Assembly: GCA_038134595.1 (NCBI GenBank)
Contig: JAYPVM010000012.1
Coordinates: forward strand, 16,332-80,331
Direction of reading: 5' to 3'
Length of the DNA stretch: 64,000 nucleotides
DNA from: Pseudomonadota bacterium
GTDB lineage: Bacteria > Bdellovibrionota_C > UBA2361 > OMII01
Shown: piece after piece, positions 50,332 to 60,577 of the stretch
How positions within the stretch are numbered: position 1 is the first letter of the stretch
Layout of the letters: every line of letters begins with the position of its first letter
Made by a program: the position numbers and the translations under genes
The notes under the pieces: generated by a model
Told to the model about the DNA's origin: nothing
Databases searched by the model: none
Seen by the model: only the letters and a program-made list of their open reading frames with translations

Positions 50332-50465
50332 ATCGCCTCTTCTTTCTTCCTTAATTTTAGCGCCGCTTACACTCTCGATAAGCATACTTTACAACTGCCT
50401 AGCTCCGTCTCACCAGTTTAGAATGTTGCTGCCTGATTCTTTAGATGCACCAAAGCCCAAAAAGG

Positions 50466-50774
50466 TTACTTAGTTTTTGTCAACCTATTGATATCTTTCA
50501 TAATAACTTCTTTCACACCTATACCTTTACCCTCTGATATCGATGTCGCCAAGGCCTGATTTAACATATCTCGGTACATATTTTCCTCATTACTACCTGA
50601 GAGAAGCCCTTCTTTAGGCACCGTATTCCACATCGAATCAATCATCTGCTTGAGCAAAAGTGCCTCGAAGTCTCGGGCTACCTTTTCTGGATTCTTGCTA
50701 TCAGGAACCGGTGGCGTAGAAAACTTATCTGTCGCAATGCCGCTTGCTCCCGCTGGTAGTTTGATACTTGTCAT
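50466..50774 (-). CDS. flgJ: Short FlgJ (rod-binding domain only)
   Basis: VARDFEALLLKQMIDSM…MYRDML…GKGIG; no muramidase domain. Confidence 0.88.
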   Translation of the reverse strand: MTSIKLPAGASGIATDKFSTPPVPDSKNPEKVARDFEALLLKQMIDSMWNTVPKEGLLSGSNEENMYRDMLNQALATSISEGKGIGVKEVIMKDINRLTKTK

Positions 50775-50797
50775 CTCTCTACTATCCTTTTACCTCA

Positions 50798-51889
50798 CTA
50801 CATCACTACTAATTCAGCATTTAAAGCTCCTGCTGCCTTAAGCGCTGTAAAGATGGCGATCAGATCTCGCGGCGTTGCTCCTAACGAATTAAGAGCTTTT
50901 ACGACATCACCCAACGTCACCTCACCGCCTACTATCCGAAGCGCTTTTACATCCTCAGTCACATTTACATCACTGTTTGTTACTGCCGCTGTGGTTCCTC
51001 CTGCAAGCGCGTTAGGTTGTACAACATTAGTCTCAGAACGAATGGATATATTGAGATTACCGTGGGCCAGTGCAACTTTTCCTATCGTCACTTTATCGCC
51101 CATGATAACGGTACCCGTTCGTTCGTTTACGACTACCTTAGCTCCAACGTCTTGCTCTACCTCAACTTGCTCAAGCGTGGCTACAAGGGTGACCGGATCA
51201 ACATGACCGGCCGAGTCTAGCGCAACTTCAACCGATGCAGAATCAACAGCACTTGCAACAGGCTTGCCCATCTTCCGATTAAGCGCTCCAACAACCCTTG
51301 TCATCGTCGTAAAATCAGGGCTGCGCAAAACGATACGTACTTTGTTGGACTGAAAGAGGTCAAACGGTATAGCTCGCTCTACAAGAGCTCCTTCAGGGAT
51401 TGTTCCAACGGTAGGATGGTTCTTTTGTGCAGAATCTCCTCCTTGGCTGACAGCAAATCCACCAAGATTAATAGCCCCTTGGGCAACCGCATACGTATTT
51501 CCATCAGCGCCTTTAAGAGGAGTAAAGAGTAACATACCTCCTTGCAGACTCTTTGCGTCTCCCAACGATGACAAAGTCACGTTTATCTTCGATCCGGGTC
51601 GAGAGAATGGCGGAAGCTCTGCTGTCACCATAACAGCGGCGACGTTTTTCACCCGAACTGCATTTGGGTCAACCCGAATACCCATTTTCTCTAACATGTT
51701 TGAGATGCTTTTAGGGGTAAAGTCAGTCATTCGACCATCACCCGTGCCGTTTAGTCCAACGACTAATCCGTATCCTAATAACTGGTTACCTCGCACACCT
51801 TCGATATCGGCAATATCCTTTAGCCGTGCAGCGTGCGCTGTTGAAAGACAATAAAAAATTGCTATCAATGCTACAAAAATTCGTTTCAT
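50798..51889 (-). CDS. flgI: Flagellar P-ring protein
   Basis: RLKDIA..GVRGNQLLGYGLVVGLNGTGD, AKVVVNERTGT, LKAAGAL.AEL; signal peptide from ATG 51889. Confidence 0.97.
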   Translation of the reverse strand: MKRIFVALIAIFYCLSTAHAARLKDIADIEGVRGNQLLGYGLVVGLNGTGDGRMTDFTPKSISNMLEKMGIRVDPNAVRVKNVAAVMVTAELPPFSRPGSKINVTLSSLGDAKSLQGGMLLFTPLKGADGNTYAVAQGAINLGGFAVSQGGDSAQKNHPTVGTIPEGALVERAIPFDLFQSNKVRIVLRSPDFTTMTRVVGALNRKMGKPVASAVDSASVEVALDSAGHVDPVTLVATLEQVEVEQDVGAKVVVNERTGTVIMGDKVTIGKVALAHGNLNISIRSETNVVQPNALAGGTTAAVTNSDVNVTEDVKALRIVGGEVTLGDVVKALNSLGATPRDLIAIFTALKAAGALNAELVVM

Positions 51890-51897
51890 GATTCCCC

Positions 51898-52833
51898 TTA
51901 AAATGGCCATAGAATTCTTAGTAAACGCCCGAGCCAACCACCGTATTGAGCCTCTCCAACAGTGCCCTTACCATAGTAGTCAATTCTAATTTGTGCGATT
52001 TGCGAGGCGTTAACCTCATTGTTAGAATTGATATCACGCTGTCGCACGAGACCCGATATCGCCATAATTTGTTCCTCATTATTCACAGCGATGATCTTCT
52101 CACCCTCAATTCGTAGCAATCCAGAGGGAAGTACCTCTGCAACCACTGCTGAAATTTGTGCTGTTAATTGTCCCTGCCGAACAGTTCTTCCTTCGCCCTT
52201 AAAGTCATTCTGTGTTGATGCTTTGATAAGACTCGCCATATTCGGTGGTCGCGACCAATTAGCAGGCTGGCTCTCAAGCCCCAGTAAATTCTCTATCGCT
52301 GCCATGTACTGACTCTTAGACTTCACCTCAGTATCAGCATTGTGCCTACCCAATGATTGCTCATTTACGATGATCGTGACCAAATCCATTGGCTGCCACG
52401 CTCTAAAGTCTCTAAATGGTTCATTACCACTCTGACTCTCTCGCCAGAGCGAGGCTGTAACACCTGGATCTCCTAACTCAAGAGGTTGCCTGTAAGGAGG
52501 TGCTCCCCTATTAGCACTCCGGATGACCCGCACATCTGGCCCAAGATCGCCTTCATACTGAACTTGCCGAAGGGAGGCCCGTGCATCGCCATTCTGCGAT
52601 GTGACTTTTGCCAATCTACTTGGTGTTTGAGCCGCCTCCGATTGCCCAATTCCTGCCTGACCGTGCTGATCGAGAACTGTCGGAATGGCCGCGCCTAATC
52701 CTGCATACTTCGACGACGGGACATACGGGTCCTGCGAGACTCGAGGCGCGCAGCCTATCGCGCAAACGATCCCGCACAACGCAGTTCGCGCCATGAAATC
52801 GTTAGTCTTACATTTAAATTCACTTAGCTTCAT
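51898..52833 (-). CDS. flgH: Flagellar L-ring lipoprotein
   Basis: Lipobox-like AIGC, D.RA…DLVTI, VLPSGLLRIEGEK…N.EEQ…SGLVR, GWL.R…WPF. Confidence 0.95.
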   Translation of the reverse strand: MKLSEFKCKTNDFMARTALCGIVCAIGCAPRVSQDPYVPSSKYAGLGAAIPTVLDQHGQAGIGQSEAAQTPSRLAKVTSQNGDARASLRQVQYEGDLGPDVRVIRSANRGAPPYRQPLELGDPGVTASLWRESQSGNEPFRDFRAWQPMDLVTIIVNEQSLGRHNADTEVKSKSQYMAAIENLLGLESQPANWSRPPNMASLIKASTQNDFKGEGRTVRQGQLTAQISAVVAEVLPSGLLRIEGEKIIAVNNEEQIMAISGLVRQRDINSNNEVNASQIAQIRIDYYGKGTVGEAQYGGWLGRLLRILWPF

Positions 52834-52865
52834 GCCTTCACCTCGTGCTATCGCACTATCATTTA

Positions 52866-53846
52866 TTACAGTCCTACCTCTACGAGCCCAGTGCTCACTA
52901 CTCGAGCCGTAACTACCCGATTAGAAGCTTCATTCTTAACCTTGATAATTTCTCTCTCTGCACCAGATTCAAGAGCTATCCCACTGGCTTCAGCTTCTAA
53001 CCGACCCCGTCGATACACCATGCTCACACGAGCCCCTGCTCGAACAACCGGTGGAGTTTCAATACTAGAGACACGAAACATCTGCCCCTGCCCAATATCT
53101 CTCTTCGTCTCTCTTCCGATAACATCTCCTAACTCAGTCACTGCATCACTTTGAATACCTTTTGCATTAACCTTCTCTAATCGAACATCGTCAGCTGTAA
53201 TGACATCTCCTCGCTTTACCACTCGAGTAGCTACAGGCATCAACTTCCACTCATCAGCTAAGGCCTTCATCTGAAACCGAACCTCCTCGGCACCCGCTTT
53301 TGAGCGGTAATCGATATCAAAGCGCCCTCTAGTAATGGGTCTTATCCCGACAACTTCAACCCCAAAGCTATCGACCGGTATCTTCACCGGTTGAGCTTTT
53401 ACTAATTGCCTTAACTCAATCTGCTTCTCTTCTCCCTTAAGAAAAGATTTTAATGCCATCTCGAGCTCGGGGATCCCCACCTCACGATAGGCCCTGGTGA
53501 CAGCAATATCTTTTGGAATGTTATAAACAATGTCACGTAGCCTAACTCCGGCGTCTCGAAGTGTATCGAGAACCTCAACGCCCCGTATTATATGCGTTAT
53601 CCCCGCCTTCGGACTCTTCGCTATCTCAAGCTTTCGTAGCTCTACAATTGCTTCATCATCCATAATAGATGGCGACTCAATCTCAGCAATATCAGAAAGT
53701 CGAATGACTGGGTCAGCAACCACCGCAGTACCCCGCCCCTCAATTCGGATCTCGGTCCGACCTGACAACGGAATCTCTGCTTGTGCACAGTGGCTTCCTA
53801 CAAGCATCCACATCGCAATTACTGTATTAGTAAATCGTTTCATCAT
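52866..53846 (-). CDS. flgA: Flagellar basal body P-ring formation chaperone
   Basis: Signal peptide, SAF-like PVATRVVKRGDVITADD and G.ALESG…I.VKN..S.RVV.ARV; between flgG and flgH. Confidence 0.9.
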   Translation of the reverse strand: MMKRFTNTVIAMWMLVGSHCAQAEIPLSGRTEIRIEGRGTAVVADPVIRLSDIAEIESPSIMDDEAIVELRKLEIAKSPKAGITHIIRGVEVLDTLRDAGVRLRDIVYNIPKDIAVTRAYREVGIPELEMALKSFLKGEEKQIELRQLVKAQPVKIPVDSFGVEVVGIRPITRGRFDIDYRSKAGAEEVRFQMKALADEWKLMPVATRVVKRGDVITADDVRLEKVNAKGIQSDAVTELGDVIGRETKRDIGQGQMFRVSSIETPPVVRAGARVSMVYRRGRLEAEASGIALESGAEREIIKVKNEASNRVVTARVVSTGLVEVGL

Positions 53847-53847
53847 A

Positions 53848-54636
53848 CTATCTCTTCAAGTTAATAACTGAACTTAACATTTCATCGGCAGTAGTTATGC
53901 CCTTTGAGGACGCTTCGTACGCTCGTTGCGCTGTAATCATATTGACTACCTGCTCAACGACACTGACATTACTACTCTCTACAAATCCTTGATTAAGTCT
54001 TCCAAACCCAAGTTGGCTAAAAATACCATTTACTGGCGCTCCAGAGGCTTGCGTCTGTTCGTAAAGATTTTGCCCCATCGCGCGTAGTCCAGCGTTGTTT
54101 GGAAATCGCACACCGATTAACTGTCCAACCTGTGTTGGCACCGCGTTATTTGGCTGCGTTACTGTCACAGTACCATCCTGAGCTATCGTAATTCCAAGTG
54201 CATCCTGAGGGATGGTAATACCCGGCGATACTTGATACCCATCTGAAGTAACAAGCTGTCCATTGAAATCGAGCTGAAACACTCCCGAGCGAGTGTAGGC
54301 GAATGTCCCATCAGGTCGTAAGACTTGAAAGAATCCATCTCCCTCAATCGCCACATCAAGTTGATTACCGGTGGAACTCAGATCGCCTTGTGTAAACACC
54401 TTCTGGATAGACGATGTTTTCACTCCTAATCCGACACCCACACCTGTTGGGTTAGTAGTGATCTGCGATGTTTGTGCCCCAGGAGCCACTGTGTATTGAT
54501 ACATCAGATCCTGAAAATCAGCGCGTCCCTTCTTGAAGCCGACCGTGTTCACGTTCGCCAGGTTATTGGAGATGTTGTCAATATTTGTCTCCTGGGCGTT
54601 CATACCAGTAGCCGCTGTATATAGTGCTCTAATCAT
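53848..54636 (-). CDS. flgG: Flagellar distal rod protein
   Basis: MIRALYTAATGM.AQ…SNNLANVNT.GFK…FQDL.YQ, and ESSNV…MITAQRAYE. Confidence 0.96.
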   Translation of the reverse strand: MIRALYTAATGMNAQETNIDNISNNLANVNTVGFKKGRADFQDLMYQYTVAPGAQTSQITTNPTGVGVGLGVKTSSIQKVFTQGDLSSTGNQLDVAIEGDGFFQVLRPDGTFAYTRSGVFQLDFNGQLVTSDGYQVSPGITIPQDALGITIAQDGTVTVTQPNNAVPTQVGQLIGVRFPNNAGLRAMGQNLYEQTQASGAPVNGIFSQLGFGRLNQGFVESSNVSVVEQVVNMITAQRAYEASSKGITTADEMLSSVINLKR

Positions 54637-54646
54637 CTAATCTCTC

Positions 54647-55426
54647 CTACTGTTGCCTACGTCCTACTTGCGTCACTGCTAATTGATTTAAGTTATCCAA
54701 CGTCTGTGCGGCCTTCGTATAAGCCTGAAAAGCTCGATTGGTCGATATCAAGTCAACCATCCCCGAAATCGCTGATACATTCGACATTTCTAAAGATTGC
54801 GGTTCAAGCAAGGTCTCAACAGGAACAGGCTGTACGCCCTGTGGCGCTTTAAACCTGGTTCCCTCGACAGATTGCAACTGCGATGTATCGTCAAACTTGA
54901 CGACACGAAGACGTCCAACGATATTGGGAACACCTCCCACTGCAGGACCTGCAGTTACACTTCCGTTGGGAAGTATGGAAACGCCGGGAGCTTGCGCCAA
55001 AATCGGACCACCATCTCCTTGCACTTGATATCCATCGGCGGTAATCAATTGTCCATCGGGGGACAATGAAAAATTTCCAGCCCTGGTATATCGATCTCCC
55101 TCGGGAGTTTGGACAACAAAAAATTCATTCGGGCTTCGCAATGCCACGTCCAGCGGATTTCCTGTCTGCTGAATGGGTCCCATAGAAAAGTCGATTTGGG
55201 TCTTAATGTCTGTTACACCCGGCAAACGAGATTGATCGTCTTTTCCGTATGGGTCCGGAGAGTCTATTGTGCTAGCCAGCGTATTATCAAAGCTCTGAGA
55301 AGCCGTAACGACATACTGCCCCTTAAAGCCAACGGTGCTAATATTGGCCAGATTGTTATTCTGAACCTCAAGCTTTTTCATCTGTAGGACTCCCGACGAA
55401 GCCGCTAGATATGATCCGATATCCAT
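54647..55426 (-). CDS. flgF: Flagellar proximal rod protein
   Basis: NNLAN.ST.GFK, TGNPLDVAL, YTRAGNF, LEMSNV; directly upstream of flgG. Confidence 0.88.
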   Translation of the reverse strand: MDIGSYLAASSGVLQMKKLEVQNNNLANISTVGFKGQYVVTASQSFDNTLASTIDSPDPYGKDDQSRLPGVTDIKTQIDFSMGPIQQTGNPLDVALRSPNEFFVVQTPEGDRYTRAGNFSLSPDGQLITADGYQVQGDGGPILAQAPGVSILPNGSVTAGPAVGGVPNIVGRLRVVKFDDTSQLQSVEGTRFKAPQGVQPVPVETLLEPQSLEMSNVSAISGMVDLISTNRAFQAYTKAAQTLDNLNQLAVTQVGRRQQ

Positions 55427-55486
55427 AGTGCTACCTCACTCTACCTACATCTACACATACACATACATGCGACAACTACATTCGTT

Positions 55487-56266
55487 TTACGCACCACGAG
55501 AGCTCCCCAATACACCCAATCGCTTATCGTTTGCTTTGCGATTAGCGCGCATTACACTTTCTTTTTCCTCTTGAACCTCGATTTCAATCATCTCCGCAAG
55601 ACGACTAACCCCATCGATCTCTAAACCCGTTTTCTCTGCTACTTCCTCAGTAGAACTTCCATCGCGTAGCATATCCTCTGCAGCTTTATAGATATTCTGT
55701 AAGCGCTGTAGGGGGTTTTTAACCACGACCTCTTGAGGATGCTCTTCTTGAAACTCGGGCTCTAACCACTCAGACGCCTTTCGAGATTCGGCGCGAGTCG
55801 TGAACACCTCTTTTTCAATGACAAGGCCACTTGTTGTTTGGGATGTCGTCTCATTCATCACAGGCAAACTCGTTGCTGGAACCGATCCATGATGAATTTG
55901 CTTTCCAGCATGCAGAGACTGTTGTAGCTCTTTACGCTCGCGGTAGGCTCCCTCAGTAAGTAAGGACAACTCTTTCGTCAAACTCTCAGCCTCAACAATA
56001 GAGAGCGAAATCTCCTTTTCGCACTTTTCAACATCAGCTAAATATCGGTGAATGTTTTGCTCGCGCCGCAAAAGCGTGTCATTTAAGTGTTGTGCGGCAG
56101 ACTCTGCTTCAACAATGAGTCTCGATATCCGTGCCTCAGTCTCTAAAAGCTGTGGAATCATCGCCTGGAGGCGTGACGACTTAACGAAACGGAATGCTAG
56201 AATCAGAATAGCTGTTACTAAACAGAGATCTATCACCATTTGCCACATCGAGATCTGCTCAATCAT
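55487..56266 (-). CDS. Membrane-anchored coiled-coil protein with C-terminal HTH-like (DUF2802-like) region, flagellar-associated
   Basis: N-terminal TM, coiled coil, and AEDMLRDGSSTEEVAEKTGL; first gene of the flgF operon. Confidence 0.6.
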   Translation of the reverse strand: MIEQISMWQMVIDLCLVTAILILAFRFVKSSRLQAMIPQLLETEARISRLIVEAESAAQHLNDTLLRREQNIHRYLADVEKCEKEISLSIVEAESLTKELSLLTEGAYRERKELQQSLHAGKQIHHGSVPATSLPVMNETTSQTTSGLVIEKEVFTTRAESRKASEWLEPEFQEEHPQEVVVKNPLQRLQNIYKAAEDMLRDGSSTEEVAEKTGLEIDGVSRLAEMIEIEVQEEKESVMRANRKANDKRLGVLGSSRGA

Positions 56267-56493
56267 ACTCTCACCCGAAACCTTCGTAAGAACCTACGTT
56301 TTTAAAAGCACTCCCAGAAAACCCCTTTCAAAAAGAAAAGGTCGTCCTCAAAGCGTCAATAATTCAACTACGCAACAATCATTGGCGTCACACCCTTGAC
56401 TCCTTCGAGAACGCTTGCTCCGGTTAACTACTTGATTTAACATATACAAGCGTCATCGTGGGGCGAGCCCTAATGACTGCACACAGGTACAGG

Positions 56494-56509
56494 GGCAAAA
56501 CACTTGCCA
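56494..56509 (-). promoter_or_regulatory. Candidate sigma54 site (near-palindromic, readable on both strands)
   Basis: Minus strand TGGCAAGTGTTTTGCC (GG-N10-GC, one mismatch) faces the flagellar operon. Plus strand GGGCAAAACACTTGCC (GG-N10-GC) faces the aminotransferase gene. Confidence 0.55.
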
Positions 56510-56545
56510 ACCTGATGACTACAATGCTTTTAGACAAAAACTTGT

Positions 56546-57685
56546 ATGACTTCCGAGCAACAACTCCTCACACCAGGGCCAACAACAATCCCCCAAAGAA
56601 TCCTCCGCGCAATGGAGCTGCCAAGACTCCACCACAGAAGCGAAGAGTTCAAAAAAGAGTTCCGAGAGGCCACTGACGGCCTACGATGGCTCCTTGGTTG
56701 GGACTCAGATCCCTTAATGCTCGCGTGCTCTGGCTCTGGGGCCATGGAGGCCTCGCTCCTCAATACAACTAAGCCTGGAGACGAAATCGTAACCGTCAGT
56801 GCGGGAGTGTTTGGCCAACGATGGAAAGCAATCGGCGAACGTCTTGGTCTTATCGTGCATGAAATGAAGATCCCCTGGGGAGACGTTGTAACAAAAGAGA
56901 AGATGGCCGAATTTCTCTCTTCTCGCTCGAATATCCGTGCTGTATGCATGCAACACTGTGAAACGTCTACGACAGCGCTTCATCCATTACATGAGGTTCT
57001 TCCGATAATTCGTCAGCAAGCACCATCTGCCCTCACTATAGTAGATGGCATATCCTCCTGTGTAACAACACCGCTTCCTGGAGATTCAACCGTCATTGAC
57101 ATATACATCGCAGGCTCTCAAAAAGCCTTTATGTTACCTCCGGGGCTTTCAATGGTGGCTTTGTCACAAACTGCCTGGAAGCGCGTGGAACAAACGCCGA
57201 AACGCTCGCTCTATTTTGATTTTGAGCTAGCACGGGAATCACTCAAAACAGACCAAACGCCGTGGACCCCCGCTACGACTCTTGTCGTTGGTCTCAATGA
57301 AGCAATACGGATCTTTAAAGAAGACGGGCTCGAACACATCTACAAAAGGCACTCTAATCTGAGTGCGCTAGCAAGAAAGGTGCTTACGCAACTAGGGCTG
57401 CGGCTCGTGGTTGCAGAACATCCTAGCCCCAGCGTCACTGGATTTTATCCACCAAGCGGAATGAGCGCTGATAACCTTCGAAAAGTAATTTTTGAGCAAC
57501 ACGGCATCCGCCTAGCTGGAGGACAGGGACTATTTAAGAAAGAGATTATAAGAATCGGTCACATGGGACTTGTCGAGATTAACGACCTCGTTGCAGGATT
57601 ACAGGCCATCATCAACGCCATTCATGACTTGGGAGGCTCCCTTCCCTCTCTTAATCTTGAACAGCTAGCTCAGGAGTACCGTTAA
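56546..57685 (+). CDS. Class V PLP aminotransferase (alanine-glyoxylate / serine-pyruvate family)
   Basis: LLTPGPT, SGSGAMEA, HCETST, VDGISS, GSQKAFMLPPGL, RIGHMG. Confidence 0.92.
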   Translation: MTSEQQLLTPGPTTIPQRILRAMELPRLHHRSEEFKKEFREATDGLRWLLGWDSDPLMLACSGSGAMEASLLNTTKPGDEIVTVSAGVFGQRWKAIGERLGLIVHEMKIPWGDVVTKEKMAEFLSSRSNIRAVCMQHCETSTTALHPLHEVLPIIRQQAPSALTIVDGISSCVTTPLPGDSTVIDIYIAGSQKAFMLPPGLSMVALSQTAWKRVEQTPKRSLYFDFELARESLKTDQTPWTPATTLVVGLNEAIRIFKEDGLEHIYKRHSNLSALARKVLTQLGLRLVVAEHPSPSVTGFYPPSGMSADNLRKVIFEQHGIRLAGGQGLFKKEIIRIGHMGLVEINDLVAGLQAIINAIHDLGGSLPSLNLEQLAQEYR

Positions 57686-57686
57686 G

Positions 57687-58613
57687 ATGGATTCAACACA
57701 ACAAGCCCTTGGAGAACAAGCCGCCGACGTTTTCACCGAAATTCAAAATCACATCTGCAAAAATCTTGAAGCTCTCGATGGCAAGGCTACGTTTTCAAGT
57801 GATATGTGGCAGCGATCCGACATCCAAAACGGCGATGGTGGTGGTGGGGATACGAGAATCCTCACAAACGGGGTCATTTTTGAGAAAGCCGGAGTTAATT
57901 TTAGCAAAGTACACGGTGTAATGCCCGCGGATTTCTCAGCACGACTCGGTCATGAAAAAAAAGACACCCCATTTTTTGCAACGGGAGTCTCTCTTGTCAT
58001 TCATCCTCGTTCTCCCCTTGTGCCAACAACGCACGCCAATTGGAGGTTTATTCAACTAGGAGACAAAAAGTGGTTTGGGGGCGGATCTGATTTAACCCCC
58101 TACTACCTCTTTGAAGATGACGCACGACATTTTCACTCTGTCCTAAAGCAAACCTGTGACAAACACAACAAAGACTACTATCCACGGTTTAAAAAATGGT
58201 GCGACGAATACTTTTACCTGCCACACCGCAAAGAGGCACGGGGAATCGGAGGGATCTTCTTCGACTATATCGGTCGAGATGAGAAGGTGGACTACGACCA
58301 GACATATCAGTTTGTTCGCGACTTAGGATTTGCATTCACCGATCAATACATCCCGATAGTCTCGCAACGAAAAGATTTAGAGTACACGACTGAACAAAAA
58401 AACTTTCAGCGTATCAGACGCGGACGCTACGTAGAATTTAATCTTCTCTACGACAGAGGCACACATTTCGGACTGCACACCGGCGGTAGAACAGAGTCTA
58501 TTCTAATGTCTCTTCCTCCAGAAGTTACATGGGAATACTGCTACGAGCCGCTCCCCGGTTCTGAAGAAGACCTGCTTATAAAAACCCTTCAAAACCCGCG
58601 CGACTGGTTGTAA
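57687..58613 (+). CDS. hemF: Oxygen-dependent coproporphyrinogen III oxidase
   Basis: FEKAGVNFS, SLVIHP..P.VPT.HAN.R, WFGGG.DLTP, RRGRYVEFNL.YDRGT.FGL, RTESILMSLP. Confidence 0.97.
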   Translation: MDSTQQALGEQAADVFTEIQNHICKNLEALDGKATFSSDMWQRSDIQNGDGGGGDTRILTNGVIFEKAGVNFSKVHGVMPADFSARLGHEKKDTPFFATGVSLVIHPRSPLVPTTHANWRFIQLGDKKWFGGGSDLTPYYLFEDDARHFHSVLKQTCDKHNKDYYPRFKKWCDEYFYLPHRKEARGIGGIFFDYIGRDEKVDYDQTYQFVRDLGFAFTDQYIPIVSQRKDLEYTTEQKNFQRIRRGRYVEFNLLYDRGTHFGLHTGGRTESILMSLPPEVTWEYCYEPLPGSEEDLLIKTLQNPRDWL

Positions 58614-58627
58614 TGCACCCCTGCCCG

Positions 58628-58864
58628 TTATTTTTGAAACAAAGAGGCAAAAATCCACATTCCAAGCCTCACACAAATCCCTATAAGAATCATGGTTGTG
58701 ATAGGAATCCATACAACAACTGTTCCATTGTTATAATAGATATCCCCTGGTAATCGACCAAACCACGCAAATGGATTGCTCCCCTTTGGTAGATACATCA
58801 AGCCAAGTCCGACACAGGCTATAAGTAGGCCTCCAAAGATGAGTATTTTTCCGACCTCAGGCAT
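58628..58864 (-). CDS. DUF2905-like small membrane protein
   Basis: GK.LI..G…GRLPGDI……PITTMIL. Confidence 0.82.
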   Translation of the reverse strand: MPEVGKILIFGGLLIACVGLGLMYLPKGSNPFAWFGRLPGDIYYNNGTVVVWIPITTMILIGICVRLGMWIFASLFQK

Positions 58865-58997
58865 AATAAAATCAATACTATAAAGCCACTGTGAGAAAAA
58901 ACAGTACTACCTTACACCAAACAGTAAACTTTTTTCTCAAACGCTCCGTTAACCCTCTAAGGGCGAAGATTAACACCCTTTGATAGGAGCTTACTAT

Positions 58998-59615
58998 ATG
59001 GAACCAGCTAAATTATTTCTCATCGACGATCAACTTCTCATGCGACAAGCGTTTGCACGCGCACTATCTGTCACAGATAAGTATGAAGTAGTCGGCCACT
59101 GCGGTGACACAAATGAAGTGCCCTTTAACCCTGCAACATTTAACGCCGACGTGATTATTCTTGATACCGTTTTCCCAAAACAGCAACAGGTAGAGATGCT
59201 ACTTGCACTTCGAGAACAAGGCATAAATGCCCCCGTTCTCGTGCTAACAGGTGATGCTCAGTGGGGAGAATTTGAAGCTTCGATAAGTGCAGGAGCTAGA
59301 GGGTTTGTGCCAAAACAATCTGACCTTGGAGAGATGGAATTTGCTATAGATACAATCTTACAAGGCTCCACATATGTAAGTCCAAAGTTTAAGGAGCAAG
59401 ATGCTTCGCCGACGGGCTCAAAGGCCATCCTTTCAACAAGGGAACATGAGATCTTTTTGCTTCTTGCTCAAGGCAAAAAGAACAAGGAGATCGGAAAAAT
59501 GCTCTCCATAAGCACGCGAACAGTCGATACGCACCGTTCAAACATCTTGAAGAAACTGCAAATGAAGAGTAACGCAGAACTAGTAAAACTCGCTATCTCG
59601 GAGAGATTTATTTAA
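58998..59615 (+). CDS. NarL/FixJ (LuxR-type) response regulator
   Basis: LIDD…IILD receiver domain and LSTREHEIF..LAQG..NKEI…LSIS.RTV.THR HTH. No cognate kinase adjacent. Confidence 0.92.
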   Translation: MEPAKLFLIDDQLLMRQAFARALSVTDKYEVVGHCGDTNEVPFNPATFNADVIILDTVFPKQQQVEMLLALREQGINAPVLVLTGDAQWGEFEASISAGARGFVPKQSDLGEMEFAIDTILQGSTYVSPKFKEQDASPTGSKAILSTREHEIFLLLAQGKKNKEIGKMLSISTRTVDTHRSNILKKLQMKSNAELVKLAISERFI

Positions 59616-59618
59616 CGA

Positions 59619-60080
59619 TTATCGAGGCATCTCTGCTCGTAGGCCCTGCGCGTCATCTACGTCGCCTAGAGCTCTATCGATACAGTCCCATGCAAGTAGT
59701 GCGCATTTGATGCGGGCAGAGTGCTTCTTTACACCCTCTAGAGCAAGGGCATCGCCGAGTGCATCAAGCTCATCACCATCTACCTCGCTTTTAATCATTG
59801 CCCGAAAAAGGGCCGATAACCGTTTTGCCTCATCTTTTGACTTTCCCGTCAAAAGCTCTGACATAATCGAAGCCGTGGCTTGGCTGATAGAACACCCGTG
59901 CCCAGTGCATGCGATCTGCGCGATAGCATCATCTTTAAACTTAATAGTAAGAGACAGTTCATCTCCACACAGTGGATTGTGTAGATCTACCTGTCTATCA
60001 GGGTTAATTAATACCCCGCGACACCGCGGCGACTTGTAGTGATCTAACAACAGATCTTGATAAACATCCTCTAAATTCAA
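59619..60080 (-). CDS. sufU: SufU/NifU-like Fe-S cluster assembly protein
   Basis: YQDLLLDHY..PR, NPLCGD, GCSISQA.AS, ARIKCALLAW; TTG start. Confidence 0.9.
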   Translation of the reverse strand: MNLEDVYQDLLLDHYKSPRCRGVLINPDRQVDLHNPLCGDELSLTIKFKDDAIAQIACTGHGCSISQATASIMSELLTGKSKDEAKRLSALFRAMIKSEVDGDELDALGDALALEGVKKHSARIKCALLAWDCIDRALGDVDDAQGLRAEMPR

Positions 60081-60169
60081 CGTCTCGACTCCCGTTTGAT
60101 ACCCGCCGATAGTATCAGTATTACAAAGGCAACTTCAAGCCTCCGACCTTTCATAGATATATCAAACGA

Positions 60170-60484
60170 TTATGCTGCCAACTCGCGTCCGTCGAGCACT
60201 ACAGAAAGTCGCAAAAATGGTTCTGGCTCACCACGTAACGTTATAGTCCCCTCTTTGTACGCCACTTGTAGTGAGAGCTCGCGATTCACTATCTTTGAAA
60301 GCACTTCATCGCTGCCCTCCATCTCTGATTGAGCGTTGAGGCCTTGCACAGTCTCACCTGTCGCAAGATCGATACAAAAGTTTCCACTCTCAGTCATAAA
60401 TTTGATAATACATCCAGGCTCGACGAAACCTTTAGACTGGGCTGTTATGAGTCCAAATAGTCGATGGGTCCACTTCGGTGACAT
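60170..60484 (-). CDS. SCP2 sterol/lipid-binding domain-like protein
   Basis: IVNRELSLQVAYKEGTITLRGE resembles the SCP2 C-terminal motif. Confidence 0.65.
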   Translation of the reverse strand: MSPKWTHRLFGLITAQSKGFVEPGCIIKFMTESGNFCIDLATGETVQGLNAQSEMEGSDEVLSKIVNRELSLQVAYKEGTITLRGEPEPFLRLSVVLDGRELAA

Positions 60485-60577
60485 AATACATCTATCGCAA
60501 TTACTCTACTCTGATCGAGAAAGAGAATAGCCAAGAACGGCCAAAAATACCAGCAAGCTCGACAGATATCGATTGTA

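Noticed and set aside
50466..50774. flgJ as a truncated pseudogene
   Set aside because: Single-domain FlgJ without muramidase is normal outside beta/gamma-proteobacteria.
55428..55470. CTAC/ACAT low-complexity run upstream of flgF as a phase-variation tract
   Set aside because: The units are imperfect and few, so it is not a clean simple-sequence repeat.
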